Shown here: piece by piece, positions 36,531 to 44,631 of the stretch
How the letters are laid out: each line of letters begins with the position of its first letter
Position numbering within the stretch: position 1 is the first letter of the stretch
NCBI GenBank assembly: GCA_011939005.1
Contig: GCA_011939005.1_4858.1
DNA: 64,000 nucleotides
DNA from: a phage
Direction: 5' to 3' (one strand)
Position numbers and translations under genes: made by a program
The notes under the pieces: model-generated
What the model was told of the DNA's origin: nothing
Database searches by the model: none
What the model saw: only the letters and a program-made list of their open reading frames with translations

Positions 36531-37076
36531 TCATTGAACCATACGCTGCGCGTCGTAAGACGGTGCGAGGTTCACAACACGACCATGTAGAGTTTGCTCT
36601 GCTTCGTCTAACAGGTCATCACGTACGAGTGTCTGGCGAATATAGAGTGTTGCACGCACCCCTTCTGCATTATAAGGAGCGGTGACCATTTTGGTCTGGT
36701 AACCATCAATCGTCACCGGAACACGCTCACCGTTACGACGAACAAAATGCTCCAACTTACCGTAATCGTGACTGCAGACTTTAGACATGTCAGACAATCC
36801 CGCATCGATTAAATATTTCCAAAGTGCGATGATGCCTTCTGAGCAATGTTTGTTAAGTTCGCCTTCGACGACAAACTCGTACCCACCGTACGTTAGAATG
36901 TGCGTGCCTGCTGAGCGACGGTCACATTCTAAAATAAACACACCTAGACCAATCATAACTGGACGTGGAATTGTCATGACACTGGTACTAAATTGCAGCG
37001 TAGTAACCTCATCCCAAAGGGGCGATGATTTATCGTTACTTACGCTAACAATATCTTTAAGATTGACACGTTTCAT
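36531..37076 (-). CDS. hypothetical protein
   Basis: 181-aa ORF; start preceded by conserved leader AATCGACCATTAATCTTAAGGAGTATT. Confidence 0.5.
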   Translation of the reverse strand: MKRVNLKDIVSVSNDKSSPLWDEVTTLQFSTSVMTIPRPVMIGLGVFILECDRRSAGTHILTYGGYEFVVEGELNKHCSEGIIALWKYLIDAGLSDMSKVCSHDYGKLEHFVRRNGERVPVTIDGYQTKMVTAPYNAEGVRATLYIRQTLVRDDLLDEAEQTLHGRVVNLAPSYDAQRMVQ

Positions 37077-37114
37077 TATAAATACTCCTTAAGATTAATG
37101 GTCGATTACATACG

Positions 37115-37130
37115 GTTTCGGGCTAACGTA
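37115..37130 (-). promoter_or_regulatory. possible degenerate early-type promoter (GTAAATATTACGTTAG)
   Basis: ATATTAC core followed by the conserved leader of 36531-37076; no terminator between it and the upstream gene. Confidence 0.25.
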
Positions 37131-37134
37131 ATAT

Positions 37135-37896
37135 TTACGCTGCTGGTTCTTCAGCGGTTTTCACTTCAACTGGTTTCATCAGCGAGTTCGCACAGTCGAA
37201 GATAGCATCCAGGAAACCACGGAACGGCTTCATGGCTTCACGCTGGGCGTTCTGACGTTCTTCTTCAGCTGCGACTTCTTGCGCCTGAATTTCTTCAGCA
37301 GTCAGCTCCGGGTGTTCCGTCATGCTTTCTGCCAGCGTCATCACTTTCGGCTGCGCATTCCGAATCGGAATACGGCGGATGACCTTGGTGATGTTCCCGA
37401 GCTTCATGCCACCCAGCACGGTTTCGAACAGCGTACCGAAATCCTGCAGTGGATCTTCGCTGACTTCCAGTACCGCCGGAGTCGCAACCAGACCAATGGC
37501 AATGACCAGTTCAACAACAGTGTCAGTGACGTGCACAGCGAACGGGGTGTCTTCCATCTGCAGGTAAGTGTTACCATTATAGGTCACCGGAATGAATTTG
37601 ATTTCTTCCCCTTTCTTCAGTCGCAGTGTATCGACTGCGGCTTTGTACTGAACTTCGTACAGTTCCGGTTTAACACCGTCAACGTTATCCAGTGTAAAGA
37701 GCAGGTCACCAACCGCCATACGGCGCGGCAGTTTGCGTTTGTTGATTTCGCGCAGCCAGACTTGTAAGCCTGTGAATTGAATTGGGGACAGTATAATTTT
37801 AAAGCCGTTGGTTGCTTGCAGGATAGCACCGTCGTCTTCGTTACGTTCGATAGAGCCATTAGCCAGAGTGAGCAGATTGATAGTTTTCATTTTCAT
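37135..37896 (-). CDS. hypothetical protein with acidic C-terminus
   Basis: 253-aa ORF downstream of promoter copy 3. Confidence 0.5.
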   Translation of the reverse strand: MKMKTINLLTLANGSIERNEDDGAILQATNGFKIILSPIQFTGLQVWLREINKRKLPRRMAVGDLLFTLDNVDGVKPELYEVQYKAAVDTLRLKKGEEIKFIPVTYNGNTYLQMEDTPFAVHVTDTVVELVIAIGLVATPAVLEVSEDPLQDFGTLFETVLGGMKLGNITKVIRRIPIRNAQPKVMTLAESMTEHPELTAEEIQAQEVAAEEERQNAQREAMKPFRGFLDAIFDCANSLMKPVEVKTAEEPAA

Positions 37897-37939
37897 ATTC
37901 CTTAAGTGATAGTCGGTTAAAAGATTACCAATGCAATCT

Positions 37940-37964
37940 CACCTAGGTAATATATATCTGAAAT
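37940..37964 (-). promoter_or_regulatory. early-type promoter motif TTTCAGATATATATTACCTAGGTGA (copy 3)
   Basis: 25-nt motif identical to copy 2; directly downstream of terminator 37999-38020. Confidence 0.5.
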
Positions 37965-37998
37965 CTTTTCTAATCCGAGACAAAAAAAGAAAGGGTAA

Positions 37999-38020
37999 AT
38001 CCCCCACCGAAGTGGGGGAT
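37999..38020 (-). terminator. intrinsic terminator hairpin, UUCG loop
   Basis: stem ATCCCCCAC/GTGGGGGAT with CGAA loop on +; A-run 37982-37993 on +; follows stop of 38033-39292. Confidence 0.55.
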
Positions 38021-38032
38021 TCGCCAGTCTAA

Positions 38033-39292
38033 TTACTTAGACTTTTCGTACGCACCGATACCAGCGCTGATGTAGCCGTTAACGCCGGCGATCAGGTTTT
38101 TCTGGCCGGTTGCAACGCAACGTTCGGTCCAGGAGATGTACTGGTTCGCAACGGTGATTGCACGACGTGCAACACGGACGTTGGAAGTCAGTTCTGCGTT
38201 GTCGTCGATCTTCACGCCGTCGATACGTTTCAGCAGTTTCTCAATAGCCTGCTCGTAACGCTCTTGAGCCTGGTTATTTTTGTGGTATGCTTTCACGTTC
38301 TCTTCGACTGCTTTACCCAGCTGGTTGAAGAACGCAACCAGGGAAGACAGAGTCTGAGCAGACGGAGTAGAAACAGACTGCTCTACGCTACCTTCGGCGT
38401 CGATAACAGTGAAGGAAGCTTCCAGGTCATCCCCATTCACTTTCACTTCGGCTTTACCGATCTGGTTGCCCAGCAGCTGAACTTCGCCCGCTTTACCTGC
38501 GGTTGCTTTGTTAACCGCTGCTGCAAAGCCAGAGCCCAGTTTGCCGCCTTCAACTGCGCCAACCATAGCGGTAGCGGCTGCAACAACTGCATCCTGCTCA
38601 GCGTAAATGCTGCCGATAGAAGACATAACGCCTTTCAGGGTGTTGATGTCGTCACCGACGAACTTACCACCGGTGGTCAGGTTCTTAATGAACCCACCGC
38701 TAACGGTGTCTTTCTTCTGCTTGCCCAGGCCACGCAGAGCAGCGTCATATTTCTTAGCACGCGCCTGAATGGATTTACCCTGGTTGCTGAACTTCAGCCA
38801 ACGGTCTTTAACCTTACGGCCTTGTTCTTTCAGCCAGTCGTAGATGCGCTGCAGGAACGCTTTGATGTCGTCCCACAGGCTTTCACGAGCAACCTGGCGG
38901 CGCTTACGTGCACCGTAAGATTCCTGCGCGACGCTTACGCGGTGGTCGAATGCCCAACGTTTACGGATAGATTCCTGCGCAACGTCCAGCTGCTCAGCAG
39001 CTTCGTCAGGCATATCTTCTTCCACTTCCATTGGCTCTTCGCCATCTTCACCTTCACCGTCAGCGGCAGCTTCAGCAGCATCGACTGCTTCCAGCTGCGC
39101 GTCGGTTTCGTCGCCGTCTTCTGCCAGCACATCTGCTTCAGCATCCAGCTGGTCGATCGGTTTGGTGTCGTGCTCGATGTCAGCCAGAGTACCTTCTACG
39201 GACTCAGCCGGCAGCTCGATACCGTCCGGAACGACAGTACCTGTACCTTCGACAGATTCACGCGCGAGTTTACTTTTTACAAAGTTTGCCAT
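38033..39292 (-). CDS. abundant virion-type protein, paralog 1 (acidic N-terminal region)
   Basis: 419 aa; N-terminus MANFVKSKLARESVE and C-terminus GIGAYEKSK shared with 39370-40647; strong codon periodicity; GAGGA SD. Confidence 0.5.
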   Translation of the reverse strand: MANFVKSKLARESVEGTGTVVPDGIELPAESVEGTLADIEHDTKPIDQLDAEADVLAEDGDETDAQLEAVDAAEAAADGEGEDGEEPMEVEEDMPDEAAEQLDVAQESIRKRWAFDHRVSVAQESYGARKRRQVARESLWDDIKAFLQRIYDWLKEQGRKVKDRWLKFSNQGKSIQARAKKYDAALRGLGKQKKDTVSGGFIKNLTTGGKFVGDDINTLKGVMSSIGSIYAEQDAVVAAATAMVGAVEGGKLGSGFAAAVNKATAGKAGEVQLLGNQIGKAEVKVNGDDLEASFTVIDAEGSVEQSVSTPSAQTLSSLVAFFNQLGKAVEENVKAYHKNNQAQERYEQAIEKLLKRIDGVKIDDNAELTSNVRVARRAITVANQYISWTERCVATGQKNLIAGVNGYISAGIGAYEKSK

Positions 39293-39369
39293 CTTTTTCT
39301 ATCCTCTAGGCGGTACGCCGTGTACCGCCATTAATGATTTGTCAACCGACGTTTGGTACGTAAAGCGGA

Positions 39370-40647
39370 TTAAGCTTTAGACTTTTCGTACGCGCCGATA
39401 CCAGCACCGATGTAGCCGTTCAGACCGCTGATAACAGTGTTACCAACATGCGCCACGGCACGGTTCAGAGTCTGGTAGTTACGCACAGCCTGGTCGGCTG
39501 CAGTACGTGCATTACGCAGTGCTTCCCACTCGCCTTCGTCGTTGGATTTATCCAGGGCAGCAGCAGCTTTGGCAGCAGCCTGCTCCAGTTTCTCAACTTC
39601 GGCGTCATAGGAGCGGAAGTCCTGCAGCACTTTCTCGAAACCTTTACCGATCGCATCAAGAGCGGTTGCTGCAGACGCCAGTGCGGTAATTGCCGGGGTA
39701 GCAATCTCTTTCGTGTCGGTAGAGTCGCCAGTTGACAGGAACGCCACCGCAGTGTACTCCTGGCCGCCGGCCAGAGTTTTGCTACCGATCTGCACATAGG
39801 CGTTGCCTGGCAGTGCCAGAACTTTCTGACCGCCTTCGCCATCTTCGAACTGCGGCAGGGTGCGCAGTTTCTTAGCAGCGGTACCGAACAGGGCAACATC
39901 AACAGCGCCTTTAGCAGCCGTTGCAGTACCTTCTGCAGTTTTGGTGATCGCTACGGCAGAGTCAGCCGCCTGAGAGGACAGCTTGTTGATAGCGTCTTTC
40001 GCTTTACCGCCGGTCAGCTCTTTCGCGATAGCGATGGAGTTGGCCACATCGAAGTCGCCTTCGATAGACAGTTTGCTAATAAAGCCGCCAGAGATGTTTT
40101 CTTTCTTCTGCTTACCGAGCTTACGCAGCATCTCTTGGTAAGCTTTCGCACGTTTCTGTGCAGACTTACCAACGTTGATGTATTTCAGTTTCAGCTCTTT
40201 CGCTTTCGCGATAACTGCTTTACACAGTTCAACGAAGCGCTTGAACAGATCTTTCAGGGTTTCTTTCCAGCCTTCCTGAGCTGCTTTGGTCATGCCACGG
40301 CCACGGCGATAAGATTCGCGCGCCAGTTTGGTACGATCGATAGCCCAACGCTTACGGATAGATTCCTGCGCCACTTCGGTGTGAGCGATGGCTTCTTCAG
40401 GCATCTCTTCACCGTTTTCGATTTTTTCGTCAGCAGCGTCGATAGCAGCTTCGGTACGCTCGGTATCAGCAGCCAGAGTTTCCTGGTCACCATCGAGCTG
40501 TTCCAGCTGACCGTCAATAGACGCAACTTCTGCCAGCTGAACGTCGATGTTCTCTTCTGCCGGTTCAACGTTGCTCAGACCGTCGATTACGTCGCCGGTA
40601 GCTTCAACGGACTCGCGGGCGAGTTTACTTTTTACAAAGTTTGCCAT
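39370..40647 (-). CDS. abundant virion-type protein, paralog 2
   Basis: 425 aa; same termini as paralog 1 with near-identical nucleotide sequence at both gene ends; AAGGAA SD. Confidence 0.5.
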   Translation of the reverse strand: MANFVKSKLARESVEATGDVIDGLSNVEPAEENIDVQLAEVASIDGQLEQLDGDQETLAADTERTEAAIDAADEKIENGEEMPEEAIAHTEVAQESIRKRWAIDRTKLARESYRRGRGMTKAAQEGWKETLKDLFKRFVELCKAVIAKAKELKLKYINVGKSAQKRAKAYQEMLRKLGKQKKENISGGFISKLSIEGDFDVANSIAIAKELTGGKAKDAINKLSSQAADSAVAITKTAEGTATAAKGAVDVALFGTAAKKLRTLPQFEDGEGGQKVLALPGNAYVQIGSKTLAGGQEYTAVAFLSTGDSTDTKEIATPAITALASAATALDAIGKGFEKVLQDFRSYDAEVEKLEQAAAKAAAALDKSNDEGEWEALRNARTAADQAVRNYQTLNRAVAHVGNTVISGLNGYIGAGIGAYEKSKA

Positions 40648-40703
40648 TTGTTTCGGTTCCTTTGGTTATAACCCAATTACACGCCCCTAGATAAGGGGCC
40701 CCC

Positions 40704-41261
40704 TTAGGGACGTGCGATTTTTAAAAACACTGCTAACGACGAGATCATATCGGATAACCCGTTCGGACGTGTCAACCAACGTGCCAGCAGTTCGTGGTCT
40801 GCATAAGATAATAGACGCCGGTCAGGCGTGTACGTCTGATGCGCAGTTCCCATACGGCGAACTTGCCCACTACGACCGTAAGCCGCAGCAAGAAGTCGTG
40901 AGCCCAGGGAACCGGTTCGCTCTACTTGCTTAGTAGAGTGGATATCGTTCATGTACGATACCAGAAGAACGGACCACTGTCCTGTTGACACTGTACGGCG
41001 TTTACCGTCAAGTATGAACGATGCAGATTCGTTATAAAACGTATTAAACGTAAAACCGACCTGCGGATATTCGTCATATAATACTTGTTGGACAGAGTCA
41101 GCGCCCATCATGCGGAAATACGGCAGCACGACGGCTGCAGCTTCCAGGGTTTCATGTATCAGTTCGTCGTCATGAACCAGCACGGGGTTTTGGGTCAGTT
41201 TCGCCATGTAGTTTTTAATCAACTTCTCGGCGAGGTTAAAATTCTGGTCATTGTCAAACAT
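40704..41261 (-). CDS. hypothetical protein
   Basis: 185-aa ORF with AGGAGAG SD. Confidence 0.5.
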   Translation of the reverse strand: MFDNDQNFNLAEKLIKNYMAKLTQNPVLVHDDELIHETLEAAAVVLPYFRMMGADSVQQVLYDEYPQVGFTFNTFYNESASFILDGKRRTVSTGQWSVLLVSYMNDIHSTKQVERTGSLGSRLLAAAYGRSGQVRRMGTAHQTYTPDRRLLSYADHELLARWLTRPNGLSDMISSLAVFLKIARP

Positions 41262-41284
41262 GAGACTCTCCTGATAATACGGTC

Positions 41285-42217
41285 TTAGACCAGACCGTAT
41301 TTTTTCTCCAGACGTTCACGTTTGTACTTGAGTTCCATCAAGCGCTTTTCGTGCGCTTCGATGAGTTTCTCAATGTGCACGTCCCCTTCACCGGCAGCCA
41401 GTTGTTTCTTGTACAACAGAATACGCAGCTCAGTCGCTTTCGCGGCTTCCACGCACTCGTCATAACGATCCATTTGCCATTCTGCAATATTCAGACGCAC
41501 GCGGTAGACGATCGACAGCGGGAACGGAACGGAGGACATACCCAGTGGATCAGTGGTGTTCGAACCGAACTGCTGAACCAATTGGCTATATGTCTCTTCG
41601 TCAAACACCGCTTCGGGTATCTCAGCGTAGTCTGCTTTCAGTTTGGTAATGGGGGTTGCCAGGACGCGCACCGCAATACAGAAAGACGTCTTACGAGTTT
41701 GCAGATACTGAAGGTCTTTCGGACCGATTCCCTTCACTGCAATGTTCGAGTCTTGTACAGCGGCAATCTCTTCGGCCGTGATGTAGTTAATCAGGGTGCT
41801 AGCGTAACCGACGAAGAACTCGATCATATCCAGCAACTGCAACACGGTTTGTTTGTTGAACGTTAGAGATGACGTCACCAACGTCTTCCCGATATCGCGG
41901 TCGATACACTGCTCCAGGAAAGGTCGCAGCGCCTGTACGTTCTGCATAGACGCGATGACGTACTCCAGCATACTTGCGTTACGTAACCCTTTAACTTCCA
42001 AACCGGAGCTATGCAGGTACTTAACGATTTCAGTAGAAAGGTCTGCAACAGGCTTCGCTTTAAATGGCTTACCCTGGACACTTCCCACCAGTTCCTGGAG
42101 GTTCTGGAACTGTGGCTCTAATGCAGCAATCGAGTCGCAGTTAGATGACAGTTGGTTTTTTAAGTTCGTGGCTTCGAAGCTCGGCAGCAACATCGCCAAC
42201 ATATTCGGAATCGGCAT
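41285..42217 (-). CDS. hypothetical protein
   Basis: start at ATG 42217 with AAGGGGAAAAGA SD (ORF-track start 42262 overlaps upstream gene). Confidence 0.5.
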   Translation of the reverse strand: MPIPNMLAMLLPSFEATNLKNQLSSNCDSIAALEPQFQNLQELVGSVQGKPFKAKPVADLSTEIVKYLHSSGLEVKGLRNASMLEYVIASMQNVQALRPFLEQCIDRDIGKTLVTSSLTFNKQTVLQLLDMIEFFVGYASTLINYITAEEIAAVQDSNIAVKGIGPKDLQYLQTRKTSFCIAVRVLATPITKLKADYAEIPEAVFDEETYSQLVQQFGSNTTDPLGMSSVPFPLSIVYRVRLNIAEWQMDRYDECVEAAKATELRILLYKKQLAAGEGDVHIEKLIEAHEKRLMELKYKRERLEKKYGLV

Positions 42218-42227
42218 TCTTTTCCCC

Positions 42228-43346
42228 TTACAGTACCGGATTCGCGCCGACGCGATAGGCATCGATGATTTTGTTTACATCGCCGCTACCGGACTTCGCC
42301 TTGCTAAAGTCTGATTTGTCGAGTTCTTGAGACCCGGTCTGGCCACGCGTATAAATGGTTACACGGTTCCAGGTCTGGTCGACAACCACGTAGTAAACAG
42401 TCAGGGTGTCTTTGAACACACGCTGGCGGATATTGTAATCATCGAAGTCACCGCCCAGCTGAGCAGTCAGATCGTCGATAGTTTCTTGAGAAACCACCAT
42501 AACCGAAGACGCGTTGTTGATGGATGGGCTCAGCGTCAGTAGGCCAGACAGCCAGTTGGCGTTTTTCTTTTCCATCATCTTGCGGTAATAACCGGACTTA
42601 TCACGGAAGCGGTTCTTACGGTATTCTTCGATAAGGTCATTACACAGCGCGATATCTTTCGCGTAGCTGAGAGAACCGACCTTCGCACGCAGCACGCGTT
42701 CCCAGAAGGTTTTAGTCTGATCGCTGAACGCAATCAGTGTTTTCATTTCGTCGGTTGGCAGAGACTTCACATCAAGACGCAGACGCATCGGCAGCTCAAC
42801 TTTATTACCGTCACGTTCGAAGGTAACAGAGAACACTTTACCGTTGGACAGTCCTTCTTGATCATGCAGGAGCTTCAGTGTGTTGTTCGGCAGCACAGAA
42901 CCTGCGGATGATTCAGTCGCTACTTTGTTATCGGATTTCTGGCGACGGGATTCACCGACCGCAAGCCCGATTTTATCGTATGACGGCAGCGCGTGACGGG
43001 AGGACTCGCCGATTGCGAAAGACGCTAAGCGAGAACCCGAACGTGCAGCCGCGTCGAGGGCATTACGACGGGTGCTAACCTGGTCAAGCGTACCAAGGAT
43101 ATCAACCTCAGGAACACCTACCAGAATTGAGATGGCGGTAAGTTGGTTGCCCGCGAGCAGGATTTGGATTTTCTCCAGAATACCTGGCAGGTAATCTAAG
43201 CCCAACAGACTTTGTTCAACCAGCGTGGTGTGCTCGTTGTACAGCACAGAGTTGAATTCTTCCGTCGATTCCGCCCGCTGGCGAAGCAGCATGGGAAACT
43301 TAGAAAGAAAGGAGACGAGCGATGTCTCAAATGTTTTTTCTGCCAT
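42228..43346 (-). CDS. hypothetical protein
   Basis: 372-aa ORF; diverges from plus gene at 43369. Confidence 0.5.
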   Translation of the reverse strand: MAEKTFETSLVSFLSKFPMLLRQRAESTEEFNSVLYNEHTTLVEQSLLGLDYLPGILEKIQILLAGNQLTAISILVGVPEVDILGTLDQVSTRRNALDAAARSGSRLASFAIGESSRHALPSYDKIGLAVGESRRQKSDNKVATESSAGSVLPNNTLKLLHDQEGLSNGKVFSVTFERDGNKVELPMRLRLDVKSLPTDEMKTLIAFSDQTKTFWERVLRAKVGSLSYAKDIALCNDLIEEYRKNRFRDKSGYYRKMMEKKNANWLSGLLTLSPSINNASSVMVVSQETIDDLTAQLGGDFDDYNIRQRVFKDTLTVYYVVVDQTWNRVTIYTRGQTGSQELDKSDFSKAKSGSGDVNKIIDAYRVGANPVL

Positions 43347-43368
43347 TTTTAACTAAACTCCGGAGTTA

Positions 43369-44631
43369 ATGATGAGTAACGAGACCGATAAGAACGATCC
43401 GGGGTATGACCCGAATACCGACTACGACAATTCGTATCAAAACCCGAATAATATCGATGCAGTACCATCGGTCGCCGACTACTTTGACCGTCGACTGTCC
43501 GATGCGAAACCCACCACGGCGTACAACGTTAATGATGAGTTATCGGGTTGGAATGACCGTATCCGTCTTACGTTAGGTTTGGGTCTGGCTGCGCAGCGTG
43601 TGACCAACCCCTACATGGGGTTCAACCATATGATGGCGTCGAACCCGACGCCTGTTAACCGTGAGTACGGTGGCCTAACCTTCATTACCCGCCCTGACTT
43701 CAACTTGTGCTTTGACAACATTGCCAACTCGCGCAAGATGTCGAACATGGCTTCTCAGCCGAAATCGTCACTCGACTATTCCATTCTGGCAGCGTTAGAC
43801 CCAGATTTTGAATTGGGGTTCTCTGATTCACCGATGGAAGATGGGCGAAGAAAGAACCGTTTGGGCACGCCATTCATGAAGGACATTATGTTTGACAATC
43901 TTCAGGCATTCATACCATTGCTGAGTACACAGATGCTGAGCCTCTCGGGGATGCCTGACCAGTCTGTCGATAACTGGATGTCTGAAGAAGGTTTAATGCG
44001 CGAACAGTGGGGTATGGTTGACTCCACACATGAAATCAATAACCAGTACAGTATGTCGATGTCGCTGAACAACCCATACGGCAACCCAATCATGCGAATG
44101 ATGGGCGTGTGGCTGGAGTATATGTCCGGCATTAAGATGGGTAAGTTCAAACCGAAGATGCGTAATTCCATCCAGCGTCGCATTGACTACCAATCGAGGA
44201 TGTACGGGTTTAAATACGACGCGCTCGGAAACATCACTCGTTTCTGGACAGCGTGTGTTTGTTGGCCGATGAACGATAACGCCGGTCAAATGGCGAATGT
44301 CGATAACACCAAGCCTCAATTAAATGACGACACCACAATTAACCTCAACTGGCAATGCATCGGGGCGCGCTTCGATGACCCATTGTACATGGAGATGTTC
44401 AACTTGACGGTGTCTATGTTTAACCCGGATATGATGCCGCAACCAGGGAGCGTTGCAGCGGGCAACTTTATCCCGATTGCTGAAGACCAGCTTGTGCCGA
44501 TTGCACCACAGCTACTACCGCTGTTCAACTACTACGGCTATCCGCACATCGACTCCCTGCGTCGTAAACTGACCTGGTATGTTTATCAGGCAGATTACCA
44601 ATTCATCCTTAAACGAGCGGGCTTACTGTAA
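43369..44631 (+). CDS. hypothetical protein, possible structural protein
   Basis: 420-aa ORF, GGAG SD; stop overlaps next start (TAATG). Confidence 0.5.
   Translation: MMSNETDKNDPGYDPNTDYDNSYQNPNNIDAVPSVADYFDRRLSDAKPTTAYNVNDELSGWNDRIRLTLGLGLAAQRVTNPYMGFNHMMASNPTPVNREYGGLTFITRPDFNLCFDNIANSRKMSNMASQPKSSLDYSILAALDPDFELGFSDSPMEDGRRKNRLGTPFMKDIMFDNLQAFIPLLSTQMLSLSGMPDQSVDNWMSEEGLMREQWGMVDSTHEINNQYSMSMSLNNPYGNPIMRMMGVWLEYMSGIKMGKFKPKMRNSIQRRIDYQSRMYGFKYDALGNITRFWTACVCWPMNDNAGQMANVDNTKPQLNDDTTINLNWQCIGARFDDPLYMEMFNLTVSMFNPDMMPQPGSVAAGNFIPIAEDQLVPIAPQLLPLFNYYGYPHIDSLRRKLTWYVYQADYQFILKRAGLL

Noticed and set aside
38264-39334. 356-aa plus-strand ORF (and 40135-40671) antisense to the paralogous virion-type genes
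   Set aside because: Antisense to genes with clear signals; composition is non-protein-like.
40683-40699. Hairpin GCCCCT-AGATA-AGGGGC as intrinsic terminator
   Set aside because: No U-run follows on the minus strand; it may be a 5' UTR structure instead.
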